Below, piece after piece: positions 28,736-39,299 of a DNA stretch of 63,862 nt. The DNA is from Myxococcota bacterium (GTDB lineage Bacteria; Myxococcota_A; Polyangia; HGW-17), in assembly GCA_018821305.1 (NCBI GenBank), contig JAHJMN010000085.1:1-63862 (forward strand), read 5' to 3'. The position numbers and the translations under genes were made by a program. The stretch's first letter is position 1; each line of letters starts with the position of its first letter. The notes beneath the pieces are model-generated. The model saw only the letters and a program-made list of their open reading frames with translations, had not been told where the DNA came from and did not search any database.

Positions 28736-29272
28736 ATGAAAACTAGATCAACGACAATCATTGCAGTTCGAAAAAACGGCGTTATAGCCATAGCCGGGGA
28801 TGGACAAGTCACCCTCGGAAGTCAGGTTATGAAATCTGGAGCGAAGAAAGTACGTCTCCTTTCGGGGGGAAAAGTTATGGCAGGCTTTGCTGGAAGTGCC
28901 GCTGACGGAATTGCACTTTTTGAACGCCTTGAATCAAAAATGGAAAGTGTCGGTGGAAATCTTACTCGTGCCGCTGTTGAACTTGCAAAAGATTGGCGAA
29001 TGGATAAATTCCTGAGGCATCTGGAAGCCGTGCTAATAGTAAGTGATGGGAAAAACATGTATCTCATCAGTGGAAACGGAGACATCATTGAACCTGACGA
29101 CGATATTCTCACCATTGGAAGTGGCGGTGGATACGCCCTTGCAGCAGCAAAAATGCTTATAAAACACACGAAAATGACGGCCCTTGAAATAGCTAAAGAG
29201 GCGCTTCAAACCGCATCAGAGATTTGCATTTATACAAACAATTCTATTACGGCTCTTGAACTTGGCCAATGA
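28736..29272 (+). CDS. hslV: ATP-dependent protease subunit HslV
   Basis: [23 protein letters not shown] with N-terminal Thr nucleophile; 178 aa. Confidence 0.95.
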   Translation: MKTRSTTIIAVRKNGVIAIAGDGQVTLGSQVMKSGAKKVRLLSGGKVMAGFAGSAADGIALFERLESKMESVGGNLTRAAVELAKDWRMDKFLRHLEAVLIVSDGKNMYLISGNGDIIEPDDDILTIGSGGGYALAAAKMLIKHTKMTALEIAKEALQTASEICIYTNNSITALELGQ

Positions 29273-29290
29273 TTTGCCCGGAGATAATCC

Positions 29291-30670
29291 ATGGAAATAA
29301 ATAACGGAGAACAATTTAACTTAACCCCCAGAAGTATTGTAGACGAACTTGACCGCTACATTATCGGTCAGAAAAAGGCTAAAAGAGCTTGTGCTATAGC
29401 CCTGCGAAACCGTTGGAGGAGACAACAGGTCGAACCGGAACTCAGGGATGAAATACTTCCTAAAAATATAATTATGATCGGCCCTACTGGTGTCGGAAAA
29501 ACTGAAATTGCCCGACGTCTTTCACGCCTCGCAGGCGCTCCATTTATAAAAGTCGAAGCAAGTAAATTTACAGAAGTCGGCTATGTTGGCCGCGATGTAG
29601 ATTCCATGATACGCGATCTTGTGGAAATGGGTATTGGAATTGTTAAAGAAGAGGAATCCACGAGGGTTCAGGAAAAGGCTCGCATCAGCGCCGAGGAAAA
29701 ACTTCTTGATATCCTCTTCCCGACACCGGTTCCAGCCCCGGCAACTCCTGGCACACTCCCTGATGCATCTAATGATCCTGATGCTCTTGAAAGACGCAAA
29801 ACCACCAGAGAAAAGCTTCGCAAGATGTTAAAAAGCGGGGCTCTTGATGATCGCACTGTTGAAATTGAAACTTCAGACAATAACCAGCCTTTTGTAGAAA
29901 TTTTTTCGCCTCAGGGCATGGAAGAAATGGGTATTAATCTCAAAGATATGTTTGGTGGCATGTCAAAAACTAAAAAACGGAAAGTCACGGTTCCGGAAGC
30001 TCTTGAAATTTTAACATCTCAGGAAGCTGGCAAACTTATCGATATGGATCGAGTAACAAAGGATGCCATTAATCGTGTTGAAAACCATGGAATTGTTTTC
30101 CTTGACGAAATAGATAAAATTGCCGGTCGCGAAAGTGCGCGAGGACCTGACGTTTCACGTGAGGGAGTACAGCGGGATCTCCTTCCGATAATTGAGGGTT
30201 CAACAGTAATGACAAAGCATGGTTCGGTACGAACAGATCACATCCTCTTTATTGCCGCTGGTGCTTTTCATGTGGCAAAGCCATCGGATTTGATCCCTGA
30301 GATTCAGGGTCGTTTCCCAATCAGGGTTGAACTGGACAATCTGGGTGAAAATGAGTTTTACAGGATTCTCACAGAACCTCAAAATGCCCTTTTAAGACAA
30401 TACAGTGCCCTTCTTTCCACGGAAGGTGTCATCCTTGAATTCGATGACTCTGCTGTACGAAAAATCGCTTCAATTGCAGCAGATCTTAACCGAACCCATG
30501 AAAACATTGGAGCCAGACGACTTCATACTGTAATGGAAGCTCTTTTGGATGAGCTCAGTTTCACTGCGCCGGAGCGTTCAGGGGAACGGTTCATCATCGA
30601 TGAAGCCCACGTTGTAAATACTCTGAAGCCAATTCTCGAAAAAGAAGATCTCAGCCGCTACATTCTTTAA
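29291..30670 (+). CDS. hslU: ATP-dependent protease ATPase subunit HslU
   Basis: [17 protein letters not shown], Walker [16 protein letters not shown], Walker [10 protein letters not shown]-domain insertion; 459 aa. Confidence 0.95.
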   Translation: MEINNGEQFNLTPRSIVDELDRYIIGQKKAKRACAIALRNRWRRQQVEPELRDEILPKNIIMIGPTGVGKTEIARRLSRLAGAPFIKVEASKFTEVGYVGRDVDSMIRDLVEMGIGIVKEEESTRVQEKARISAEEKLLDILFPTPVPAPATPGTLPDASNDPDALERRKTTREKLRKMLKSGALDDRTVEIETSDNNQPFVEIFSPQGMEEMGINLKDMFGGMSKTKKRKVTVPEALEILTSQEAGKLIDMDRVTKDAINRVENHGIVFLDEIDKIAGRESARGPDVSREGVQRDLLPIIEGSTVMTKHGSVRTDHILFIAAGAFHVAKPSDLIPEIQGRFPIRVELDNLGENEFYRILTEPQNALLRQYSALLSTEGVILEFDDSAVRKIASIAADLNRTHENIGARRLHTVMEALLDELSFTAPERSGERFIIDEAHVVNTLKPILEKEDLSRYIL

Positions 30671-30989
30671 TTTTTCCGTCTGAATTCTCTAACCTGTTAT
30701 AAACGCAATGATTCAAATGTTTTAATTTTTTAAAATAACAGGAAAATTTATCTTCACCATCAATTTAGCCCAATAATATTTGTAAAACCATTTGACTTGA
30801 AGCATTTGGTGACTAAAATCTGCACCGGAACCGATGAAGACGGATATCGTGATTTTAAACACCATTGAAGTTTTCATGCCTGACAAGCCGTAATCAACTC
30901 GTTCTTAATATTGTATTATCGGCATGTTATGGCACTTTCACCAATGGATGAATTCTCTGGAAATTATCCATCGGAATGAGGATTTTAAA

Positions 30990-31394
30990 ATGGGTTTCAG
31001 GCGTATGTTCAAATCCAAGATCCATCGAGCCACCGTGACTCAGGCGGATCTAGAATATGAAGGCTCGCTTACCATCGATACGGACCTTCTTGAAAAAGCA
31101 GATATACTTCCATGGGAGGAAGTGCACATCTGGAACGTCACTAACGGCTCAAGGCTAACGACCTATGCCATTGAAGGACCTCGCGGCAGCGGTACAATCT
31201 GCATCAATGGAGCAGCTGCACATCTGGTAAACCCGGGAGATGTTGTTATTATTGCTACTTTTACAGATATTGAAGAATCTGCTGCCCGAAATTATCAACC
31301 CACCGTTGTGTTGGTCGACTCCTCTAATAAAATATTAGATCCTGCCTATACCGAAACCCCGGGACCGAATCTTCCCCTTCGTAAATTCAGCTAA
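30990..31394 (+). CDS. panD: aspartate 1-decarboxylase
   Basis: [25 protein letters not shown] with the Gly-Ser self-processing site; start placed at ATG 30990 behind a gagga RBS (ORF-track start 30924 judged too early). Confidence 0.85.
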   Translation: MGFRRMFKSKIHRATVTQADLEYEGSLTIDTDLLEKADILPWEEVHIWNVTNGSRLTTYAIEGPRGSGTICINGAAAHLVNPGDVVIIATFTDIEESAARNYQPTVVLVDSSNKILDPAYTETPGPNLPLRKFS

Positions 31395-31395
31395 A

Positions 31396-31450
31396 TAGTT
31401 ACTGTCCTGAAATTCAATTTTTCAAAGGGTTCTTTGCCTGAAGTTTTTCT
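31396..31450 (+). repeat. S-prime module (tagttactgtcctga ... ttcaaagggttctttgcctgaagtttttct), truncated by the M-g insertion
   Basis: Matches 31719-31795 (about 80% identity); begins 2 nt after the panD TAA stop. Confidence 0.7.
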
Positions 31451-31451
31451 T

Positions 31452-31697
31452 TTGACCGCTTCATGAGTAAAAGGATCGAAATCTAAAAAGTGAATATTGT
31501 CATCCTACCCTTTGTAATTATGCTTTGATTTTAAATGTTTATGACCTGAACCTGATCCTGATTGCCTGACTACCTGTGTCCCTTTTTAAAATTTCAGGGA
31601 AACAGGAACTCAGTAGCAGGAACAGGAAAACAGGGGGCTCATTCCTGAAGCATTTCTTTAAAACAAGTCACACTCGTATTACTCCGCAAGCGATCTA
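31452..31697 (-). mobile_element. M element, complete copy in reverse orientation (M-g)
   Basis: ttgaccgcttcatgagtaaaaggatcgaaat (reverse complement of right-type end) ... cctg/cagg hairpin ... cattcctgaagcatttctttaaaacaagtcacactcgtattactccgcaagcgatc-TA. Confidence 0.85.
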
Positions 31698-31718
31698 CTT
31701 ATATTTTCAACACCTTGC

Positions 31719-31836
31719 GGTTACTGTCCTGAGCAATAATTGGGCGAAAAATTTGATTTTCGGTATTTCAAAGGGGTCTTTGCCTGAAGTTTTTCTCTAA
31801 AATTCAACACAATCGTATTACTTCACAAGCGGTCAA
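31719..31836 (+). repeat. second S-prime module plus a left-type M terminus in reverse orientation
   Basis: ggttactgtcctgagc ... ttcaaaggggtctttgcctgaagtttttctc then caatcgtattacttcacaagcggtc. Confidence 0.7.
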
Positions 31837-31877
31837 TTTTCGTTTCGTTTGCACATAGATCGGTTTTAAAGAAAGAG

Positions 31878-31896
31878 TTCACATTTTGTTTGTGAA
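31878..31896. promoter_or_regulatory. palindromic candidate operator TTCACA-N7-TGTGAA upstream of the lipoprotein-rex operon
   Basis: Perfect 6-bp inverted half-sites at 31878-31883 and 31891-31896, about 105 bp upstream of the 32002 start codon; half-site order is everted relative to the canonical Rex box TGTGAA-N6-TTCACA. Confidence 0.3.
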
Positions 31897-32001
31897 TTTT
31901 TTCCTGATCAGGTATAAAAGTATCTTCAGATTTTTTAGACGCTTTTATCCGCATGAGTTCCTTTCTGGAACATTTAAGCGGAAACTTTATTATGGTGACC
32001 T

Positions 32002-32814
32002 GTGAAAACTTTTTTTCTGATTTTTCTATCTTTGTTTCTAGTAAACTGCAAATCCAGTAAGGACGACAAACCACTGCTGGTGGAAAATACAAAAGACACA
32101 CCTGAGACACAGAAGAGCGATCTGAAAACTCCCGATAAAATCAAGAAACCTGCTCCAGAACCGGTTCTAACGGATGAGTTCAAACTTCCGGAAGGTAGCG
32201 CCGGGTATATCTGGATCTCGGACAAAAATCTGACCACAACAGGAAAGATTTTAAAAACTTCAGGTTCCGTGAGCAGTCTTTATTTCATTAAACTCAATAA
32301 TGAAGGCAAATTTGAAATCCTTTCTGCAGCTCCGGATCCAAAGGGTCCCATCGGGATAAACAAAAAATATTTTAATTACCCCAAGGGGCTTTCAGCGGGT
32401 TTGAGTTCCGTCAAAATAAACCATGAAGTTTCGTCAATGGCTGTATATCTTAGTCAATTCAAGAAATCCACCCTTGAAAAAGTTTTCAAAAAACTTCCTG
32501 GGTTCAAACTTAAGACAATACAAGTTGTTGAAAAGCAGGGTTTATTTGCCATTAGTTTAATTTCGACCGTTAATTATTCCAATGATCTGTTTAATGCCCT
32601 GACCTATTGGAAACAACTGGCCTTAAACAGCCGTATCCATATTGAAAAATTAGCACCGGGGGCATCTAAAACTGGTATTGCTTTGAATAATATCAAAATT
32701 ACAGGAAAAAAGAGAACCATTACCGTGGAGATTCCCTTCGCATATGATGACATTCTCTGGTCAGTAAATGAACTGAACCGTCTTTACATTTTTGTTAAAA
32801 GAGGTGGACAATGA
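32002..32814 (+). CDS. hypothetical lipoprotein (LVNC lipobox), upstream of and overlapping rex
   Basis: Signal peptide and lipobox; lysine-rich; ATGA overlap with rex start. Confidence 0.55.
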   Translation: MKTFFLIFLSLFLVNCKSSKDDKPLLVENTKDTPETQKSDLKTPDKIKKPAPEPVLTDEFKLPEGSAGYIWISDKNLTTTGKILKTSGSVSSLYFIKLNNEGKFEILSAAPDPKGPIGINKKYFNYPKGLSAGLSSVKINHEVSSMAVYLSQFKKSTLEKVFKKLPGFKLKTIQVVEKQGLFAISLISTVNYSNDLFNALTYWKQLALNSRIHIEKLAPGASKTGIALNNIKITGKKRTITVEIPFAYDDILWSVNELNRLYIFVKRGGQ

Positions 32815-33482
32815 ACGGAGATAGCACCATTTCATCGAAAGGAAATCCCATTCCTCATGCTACGATGGAGCGTTTGCCCAGATATCTGATGCAACTCTAT
32901 CGCTTCCGGGTTATTGGTGATGCCAATGTATCATCTCAGGCTCTGGGTGAAAGCCTGGGACTCAAAGACACTCAAATCCGAAAGGATCTCTCGTACTTTG
33001 GTGTCTTTGGGAAAGCTCGTTATGGATACAATATTGACTTTCTCATCGATGCTCTGGAGAAAATTCTCGGACTGACTCGAGTTTATAATCTAGCCATCGT
33101 TGGAGCTGGAAACATCGGCCGAGCCCTGGCAACGTACCGAGGTTTCGAGAGTAGAGAATTTAGAGTAAAACTGATTTTCGACAATAATAAAGGTCTCATC
33201 GGTCAGGATATTGGAGGCATTGTTGTTCAGGACTTTCGACTGCTTGAAGAAAAGATAAAAGAAATTCCCGTCGATATAGCGATAATTGCGGTTCCTGAAA
33301 AAGCCGCTTATGAAGTAGCTGAAACCCTTGTAAAAGCAGGCATTAAAGCAATTTATAACTTTACACCTGCGGAACTTCACCACCACGAAGGTGTTTTCAT
33401 TGAGCATGCAAGTATATCCTTCGGGATTTACAAACTTGCTCACCACCTTTCCGGCCACTGGCCCCGGAAATCCCAGCGCTAG
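32811..33482 (+). CDS. rex: redox-sensing transcriptional repressor Rex
   Basis: N-terminal winged helix IPHATMERLPRYLMQL and Rossmann IVGAGNIGRALA NADH-binding motif. Confidence 0.85.
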   Translation: MNGDSTISSKGNPIPHATMERLPRYLMQLYRFRVIGDANVSSQALGESLGLKDTQIRKDLSYFGVFGKARYGYNIDFLIDALEKILGLTRVYNLAIVGAGNIGRALATYRGFESREFRVKLIFDNNKGLIGQDIGGIVVQDFRLLEEKIKEIPVDIAIIAVPEKAAYEVAETLVKAGIKAIYNFTPAELHHHEGVFIEHASISFGIYKLAHHLSGHWPRKSQR

Positions 33483-33561
33483 TCCGTTTCCTGAGAAAAA
33501 GGATCGAGATTAGAAGAGTGAATATTGGCTTCCCGCTTTTGTAATTTTACATTGATATTGG
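33483..33561 (-). repeat. M-element fragment (right-type end and first about 60 nt), truncated
   Basis: gtccgtttcctgagaaaaaggatcgagattagaagagtgaatattggc ... ttttgtaattttacattgatattg aligns with 31452-31530. Confidence 0.6.
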
Positions 33562-33565
33562 ATGC

Positions 33566-34012
33566 TTATGAAACTCTTATCTGCTGTCCAGGCATTCTCA
33601 TTACTGGACAACCATTTCTTCGTTTATCATTATTTTTCTCGCCCTTTGTATTTGGGCAGGCATCATCAGTATCTGGAATTCCGTCACCATCATTATCCAA
33701 ATCAGGACATCCATCTGAGTCATCAAACCCATCACGATCCTCGGGCTTATCTGGACAAGCGTCTCGAACATCGGGGATTCCATCTCCGTCAGTATCAACT
33801 TTCGATGCCGGATCCGGGATATTGGAATCTTTGGATGTATCGGTTTTATTACTGCTTCCTTTCCGATCTTCAGGAGTTACTATTGTGGATTCAGTTGACG
33901 CACTTCCACAACTGGAAACAGTCAGAACAAAGGACAAGCCCGCTATTATTGAAGACACTGATTTCCCTGATGGATATTTGACTTCATTTGTTTGGATCTT
34001 TTGCAGTTTCAT
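33566..34012 (-). CDS. small lipoprotein with thrombospondin type-3-like Ca-binding repeats
   Basis: Lipobox LTVSSCGS; repeats [16 protein letters not shown] / [17 protein letters not shown]. Confidence 0.6.
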   Translation of the reverse strand: MKLQKIQTNEVKYPSGKSVSSIIAGLSFVLTVSSCGSASTESTIVTPEDRKGSSNKTDTSKDSNIPDPASKVDTDGDGIPDVRDACPDKPEDRDGFDDSDGCPDLDNDGDGIPDTDDACPNTKGEKNNDKRRNGCPVMRMPGQQIRVS

Positions 34013-34160
34013 GAATGGAGCATAATCAATTTTTCAGATTCTTCAACGCCTTTTTTAATTCGCCATAATAGAATCCTGATTCCTGAATATTTCATTGACA
34101 AATAAACTTTTGCTTTTAAAATCAGTCTAGATTAAAACCCGCAAAGGAAAGGAGAATCTC

Positions 34161-34622
34161 ATGAAATCATTAAAAAACAGAATTTTAGTTGTGGCATTCG
34201 TAGGTCTTTTTACTATTTCTGCCGGATGTGCATATATCCTTCATCCGGATCGTAGAGGTGGCGGAGCAAAAGGTGGACAAATGGATACCGCAGCCCTTGT
34301 CATGGATATTCTATGGCTGATTCCAGGTCTTATTCCCGGAATCATAGCACTTGCCGTCGATTTTTCCACAGGAGCAATCTATGGAAGTTCAAGCCTCGGT
34401 GAAAATAATTCAGATACTAAACCAATCAATATGGTTGCTGGAAAAACTATAAAATTTAATTCTAAAACACCTCTGAATTTCACTTTAAGAATTGATAAAA
34501 ATATTATCGCTCAGGGTGCTGGCATGCTGGATATACCAGCAAAGGCCCCAAAAGGATTTGCTTCTCTTGATGCCGTTGATAAACACGGTAAGAAAATGAC
34601 CTGGAAGGCCGTAATCCAGTAG
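34161..34622 (+). CDS. hypothetical lipoprotein (153 aa)
   Basis: RBS aaggagaa; lipobox TISAGC; internal hydrophobic segment. Confidence 0.55.
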   Translation: MKSLKNRILVVAFVGLFTISAGCAYILHPDRRGGGAKGGQMDTAALVMDILWLIPGLIPGIIALAVDFSTGAIYGSSSLGENNSDTKPINMVAGKTIKFNSKTPLNFTLRIDKNIIAQGAGMLDIPAKAPKGFASLDAVDKHGKKMTWKAVIQ

Positions 34623-34655
34623 TTTTTCTCTTTTACACCTATGTTTTTACAAAAT

Positions 34656-35000
34656 CTAATTTCTAAATATAAAATATACAGCGCCCAGAATACATAAACC
34701 AGCCCATAGAAAATCCAGACGGAATTTCTGGCCCATATAAAGAACCGAAAACGGAACAAAAACAATCAATGTTATTACTTCCTGCATTATCTTCAATTGT
34801 GCCAGATCCAGATGTCTGAACCCTATCCTGTTCGCTGGAACTTGAATGAGATACTCAAAAAATGCAATCCCCCAGGAGATAAGGATGGCTATAAACAGCG
34901 GCTTTTCCCTGAGTCCTTTGAGGTGACCATACCAGGCAAACGTCATGAAAATGTTACTTGCTAAAAGCATTGTGGAAAATAATAGAAAGGATCTGGCCAT
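34656..35000 (-). CDS. small DMT-superfamily membrane protein (DUF486-like, 4 TM)
   Basis: 114 aa, four hydrophobic helices, MTFAWYGHLK motif typical of the small EamA-like family. Confidence 0.65.
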   Translation of the reverse strand: MARSFLLFSTMLLASNIFMTFAWYGHLKGLREKPLFIAILISWGIAFFEYLIQVPANRIGFRHLDLAQLKIMQEVITLIVFVPFSVLYMGQKFRLDFLWAGLCILGAVYFIFRN

Positions 35001-35010
35001 AGCATCTCCG

Positions 35011-35118
35011 ATTAGACCGCATTCGGAATAAAAGTATCGAAACCATATTATTGTGAGTGTAAAATTGAATGATATTTTAAAAATTCAATTCAATCGTATT
35101 ACTCTGAAAGCGGTCTGG
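35011..35118 (-). mobile_element. mini-M element (internal-deletion derivative, about 104 bp between the flanks)
   Basis: TA-gaccgcattcggaataaaagtatcgaaacc ... caatcgtattactctgaaagcggtc-TG; both termini present, central hairpin absent; internal 8-bp hairpin aattgaat / attcaatt. Confidence 0.8.
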
Positions 35119-35278
35119 AAGGTCAAATAAGTTAATATCCTGACATACAGTCTTTACAGAACCACAGGGCGATTTTACTTTGACGTTATTAAAAATCAGC
35201 TTTATTTTTCTTCTTCAGGAGCTATTCTTAGAGATTAAGACTCGTCTAAATGGCATATGCTCACAACAGGACACACAT

Positions 35279-36022
35279 ATGACTGATCAAATTAATGAAA
35301 ACCAACTTACCAGTGCTCTCGAAGATTACCTTGAAACTATTTATCTTTTCACACAGAAACAAGGGTTTGTCAGGGTGCGTGATATTTCAAAAGCCAGAAA
35401 TGTAAAAGCTGGCAGTGTAAGCCCCGCTATGAAACGACTTTCAGACCTTGGTCTAATTGACTACGCTCAAAGGGAATATATTAAACTTACAGATGAAGGC
35501 ACTGCTCTTGCTCGAAAAATTCTCAGCAGACATCATGTTCTCACAAGATTTTTCACTGAAGTCTTAAAAATGGAATCACAGCAAGCTGAAGATGACGCAT
35601 GTGCAATGGAGCACTCCCTTTCCTCCATAGCAATGGACAGTCTTGTGAAGCTTCTTGAATTTCTTACAATATGTCCTCACAGTCCACTAAAATACTGGGA
35701 AAAGTTTGTTGAGAACATTGATTCAGATAATCACACCCTGATATGCCGGGGTTGTGAGGAAGAATGCATCTATTCCAGTGAGAGGACAGGCCTCAGACAC
35801 CCACGTACAATAAAGGATCTGGCTCAGGGGGAAAGCTCAACTATCATTGCAATAGAAGGTAACGAGGAAACAAGGCATAGACTGCTGGATTTTGGTCTCC
35901 TACCTGAAGTAACTGTTTTTGTTGATCATTTTGTAAACAGCAAAAATGAAATCCACTTGAGAGTAAATGACTACACACTTGTTTTAAACACCGATGATGC
36001 ATCGAGAGTTATTATCCGCTGA
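35279..36022 (+). CDS. DtxR/MntR-family metal-dependent repressor with C-terminal FeoA-like SH3 domain
   Basis: LTSALEDYLETIYLF start typical of DtxR family; metal-site His/Glu/Cys residues; C-terminal FeoA-like domain (LAQGESSTIIAIEG ... HLRVNDYTLVL); start moved from ORF-track 35180 to ATG 35279. Confidence 0.8.
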   Translation: MTDQINENQLTSALEDYLETIYLFTQKQGFVRVRDISKARNVKAGSVSPAMKRLSDLGLIDYAQREYIKLTDEGTALARKILSRHHVLTRFFTEVLKMESQQAEDDACAMEHSLSSIAMDSLVKLLEFLTICPHSPLKYWEKFVENIDSDNHTLICRGCEEECIYSSERTGLRHPRTIKDLAQGESSTIIAIEGNEETRHRLLDFGLLPEVTVFVDHFVNSKNEIHLRVNDYTLVLNTDDASRVIIR

Positions 36023-36211
36023 GTCTCCCACTTCGCACCTGATTTGTCGCAATCCAGTTTACTCGCTCAAAGTACAGCAACCTAAAATCAGTTTGAAAAA
36101 TCTATTTTTGATTTACCGGAAAGAGACTTTTCTGCTTGACCTTTTCTTTACAAATGAATAACGTTTGCTCCGTAGGTTTTTAACATTGAGACACTAACAA
36201 GGAAGGTCGTT

Positions 36212-37132
36212 ATGCCAGATTTCAGAAGTATGGGAATTACTGATTTACTTCTTGCTCATCCGTCTTTACAGACAATGTTCATTTTTTTACTCCCAACGTT
36301 TGCAATATTTCTATTTATTGTCCAGTGGGCTGAAAGTAAAAAAGAAGACGCACTCAAAGATAATTTAGCAATGTTAAAAACAGGACTATACATTGTTGAG
36401 ATTATGGCAGTATTTTATGCAGTTGGTGGTGTTTTCCTTCTTATCGATTTCATATTCAGCAAAATGACTTCAGAACCACTCAACACATCTGCACTGAAAG
36501 CCGGTCTTGGATACATCATTGGTGGTGCTGCCGTTACGATTGCCATGGAGCTTGCAATTGTTTTCCTTGGTACTCCTGAAAAAAATCGCCTGCCTCGAAA
36601 ACTTGCTTTCACAAGCATGCTTCTTATTTTCGCCATCGTTGCAGCTGAAAGTATGCTCAGACTCCTTGCATCCATCACCATGTTCCCCAAAGGAGCTGCA
36701 TTCCATGTTCCGCTGTCCGGATTCCTGGTATACGTTCCCGCTACTTTCTTCGCTATGCTTTACTACAAAGCAATCTTCAGTAGCGACAACGGGCCAGTGA
36801 CTTTCCTTCCGGGAAGTTTTGTTAACAAAGCCAATCAAATGGTAGAAAAATCCGGCGTTGGATCCTTCGGCGCTGCTGCAGTCGGTGGTGCCGCTGCTGC
36901 TGGAATGGGCGGAGCTCCCGCTGCATCTCAACCCCAGCAGTATTCTCAACCCGTTGCTCAGGCTCAGCCTCAGCAGTTTTCTCAACCTGTTGCTCAGGCT
37001 CAGCCCCAGCAGTTTTCTCAACCCGTTGCTCAGGCTCCTGCAGCAAATGCATGTCCCACCTGCGGTGCTGCCGGTCGTCATATTCCCCAGTACAGCCGCT
37101 ACTGGTGCGATACCTGCCAGAAATATCTCTAA
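36212..37132 (+). CDS. polytopic membrane protein with triplicated QPQQFSQPVAQA repeat and C-terminal zinc ribbon
   Basis: About 6 TM helices; three near-perfect 12-aa repeats (nucleotide-level identical); C-terminal CPTCG...CDTC. Confidence 0.6.
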   Translation: MPDFRSMGITDLLLAHPSLQTMFIFLLPTFAIFLFIVQWAESKKEDALKDNLAMLKTGLYIVEIMAVFYAVGGVFLLIDFIFSKMTSEPLNTSALKAGLGYIIGGAAVTIAMELAIVFLGTPEKNRLPRKLAFTSMLLIFAIVAAESMLRLLASITMFPKGAAFHVPLSGFLVYVPATFFAMLYYKAIFSSDNGPVTFLPGSFVNKANQMVEKSGVGSFGAAAVGGAAAAGMGGAPAASQPQQYSQPVAQAQPQQFSQPVAQAQPQQFSQPVAQAPAANACPTCGAAGRHIPQYSRYWCDTCQKYL

Positions 37133-37327
37133 TTTCTAATTTCTCCACTTGTCACACAATCTGTTTTCAATCCTATATTCAAACTAATGTACCAGGAATA
37201 AAAAAGCAGTGGATCCATTTCTCTGCTGGTTAATTTTTTAGTGTTTTTAAAACAAAGTTTGTCAAAATCGGATTTAACAATATAATATATGCGGCATCTG
37301 AATATCCATAACCAATGTGAGGTTATT

Positions 37328-39283
37328 ATGAAACTTTCCAACGCTCTTAAACTTGTATTTTTCGGCATTTTTTTCATTTTTGCCGCTTGTGACGATAAAT
37401 CTTATAATCCGCCACCACCTATTGATGGTGGTACTGACGGTGATGTAGTTGAGGACCACGTTACCCCACCTGACAACATTGATGCAAACCCCGAAGGTCC
37501 TGATATCATTATCACTAATCCGCTTTCTGGAGCTACTGTTGCGTCGGAATTCCTTCAGGTACGTGCCGTTATCACCAGCACTTCATCCACCATTGATTTC
37601 AATTCCTGTCAGGTGTACATTGAGGGAAATTACTACAGTATGACCGTAGACACAGGTATCGAGGATGGATTTAAATCCACGGTGGATCTAAGCGAGATTC
37701 CAGCGGGTGAAATTCTGGTCCGGGTAATTGCTTCTGATACAGAAGGCCGTACCAATTATGCCGATACTACATTCAATCTGGATAAGGGGCCTGCATTTTC
37801 CATACTTTCCCCCATCGATGGTGAACGTTACACCGGTGCAGCCAACCTGGCCTTTATTGTGACGGACAATGACGGCGTCGTCGAAACTACTGTAACAGCA
37901 AAAATTGGTGATATTTTATTACCGCTTTCAGTTACTGATACTTCAACGGAAACTGCCAACGGAAATCCTGTTTCAATTTCTTTCGAATCAGACGTTGTCT
38001 TTAACAGTTCAATGTTTTCCCCTCCTCTATCCGGAGAGCAGAGGATAGCCCTCTATGCAGAGAACGCCCTTGGAAATGATGGCAGTGCTTCCGTTGATTT
38101 TATGATCGACAATGAGGGGCCACTTATCAACATTACATCTCACGAACCCGGTCAAATCATCGGATCAATCATCACAATTATTGCGGAGATCACCGATCCC
38201 GCCGGCGTTTTATCATCATCCGTAGTAGCTGTCATAGGTAACAACGACACCCACTATGACATCCCGCTTGCAAAAATTACTGGAACCAATAACTATGAGG
38301 GCTCTTTCGACACAAGTGTTCTTCCTTCTTCGTTTATCTGGCCGGCACTTCAAGTCTTTGCCACGGATATGCTGGGGAATGAAAGTTCCGTTGCCTTCGA
38401 GCTTGCCCTTGACAATAATCCACCTATTTCCAGTCTTGATCCTCCTGAGAATTTTCGACTGGCCAAAAGAAACAGCGATGGTGACTTCCAGTGTACAAGG
38501 CCCTTTGACCCCGTAGGTTTCATGGCTGCAAACGATCAGGCCATTGTAAATCAAGTTTTCTGGCTCCGGGCAAGAGTTGAAGATACTGGAAACTCCGCTC
38601 CGGGAATGGCATTTGCCCCAATGGCACTTGTCAATCAGTCCACAGTTGAAATTTATATACTGGATGATGTTTCCAATTCACTGACGGTGGATACCAACAG
38701 TGACGGAATTTGCGATGATATCAACCCTCTTCTTGTTCCCACAATCCAACTCACAGGATCCGGGATGGAAGCACTGAAACTTAATATGCTTGCAATTCCA
38801 CCTACAGGTGCCGGAGACTATCAACCGGACCTTGGCATCTTACCAGCGGCCTGTGACCTTCCCGGGGACAGCCTTACGCCTCCGGATGCCCTTTGTCCGG
38901 TTACTGAAGCTGATATGACTATTGCCATCTGGTACACTTTTGAGAAAGATGAACCTGCCATTTATACACTTCCGCCCGTTGATAGCGGCAGTTCACTCAT
39001 GTGCAGTGGAATCCAGTTTGACGCATGGGCCAATAACATCCAGGAAGGGTGGGCATGTATTGCAGTAAAAGCCATTGATAATGCTGGTAATGTCGGGGTC
39101 AGTGCCCCAATGAGAGTCTGCATTGATTATGATCCGGATGACGGTGCTTTACCTGCAGATTGTCAGAATCTTGCTTCTGCGCCGAACTGCACAGGTACCT
39201 GGAATGCAGTGACAGGAACAGTGTCCGCAACGCCATGTGTATCTCTCACATTCTCGGAAAATCAGGTAAGGCGCGAACTATAA
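37328..39283 (+). CDS. large secreted lipoprotein with tandem Ig-like/beta-sandwich domains
   Basis: ATG 37328 after a gaggt RBS; lipobox IFAACD; repeated about 100-aa segments with conserved ITSxxxGxxV / DxxGN features. Confidence 0.65.
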   Translation: MKLSNALKLVFFGIFFIFAACDDKSYNPPPPIDGGTDGDVVEDHVTPPDNIDANPEGPDIIITNPLSGATVASEFLQVRAVITSTSSTIDFNSCQVYIEGNYYSMTVDTGIEDGFKSTVDLSEIPAGEILVRVIASDTEGRTNYADTTFNLDKGPAFSILSPIDGERYTGAANLAFIVTDNDGVVETTVTAKIGDILLPLSVTDTSTETANGNPVSISFESDVVFNSSMFSPPLSGEQRIALYAENALGNDGSASVDFMIDNEGPLINITSHEPGQIIGSIITIIAEITDPAGVLSSSVVAVIGNNDTHYDIPLAKITGTNNYEGSFDTSVLPSSFIWPALQVFATDMLGNESSVAFELALDNNPPISSLDPPENFRLAKRNSDGDFQCTRPFDPVGFMAANDQAIVNQVFWLRARVEDTGNSAPGMAFAPMALVNQSTVEIYILDDVSNSLTVDTNSDGICDDINPLLVPTIQLTGSGMEALKLNMLAIPPTGAGDYQPDLGILPAACDLPGDSLTPPDALCPVTEADMTIAIWYTFEKDEPAIYTLPPVDSGSSLMCSGIQFDAWANNIQEGWACIAVKAIDNAGNVGVSAPMRVCIDYDPDDGALPADCQNLASAPNCTGTWNAVTGTVSATPCVSLTFSENQVRREL

Positions 39284-39299
39284 TCCCCAGAGTTCCTAA

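Noticed and set aside
31878-31896. Canonical Rex operator upstream of rex
   Set aside because: Half-sites are in the order TTCACA ... TGTGAA with a 7-nt spacer. The Rex consensus is TGTGAA-N6-TTCACA. It is retained only as an unassigned palindrome.
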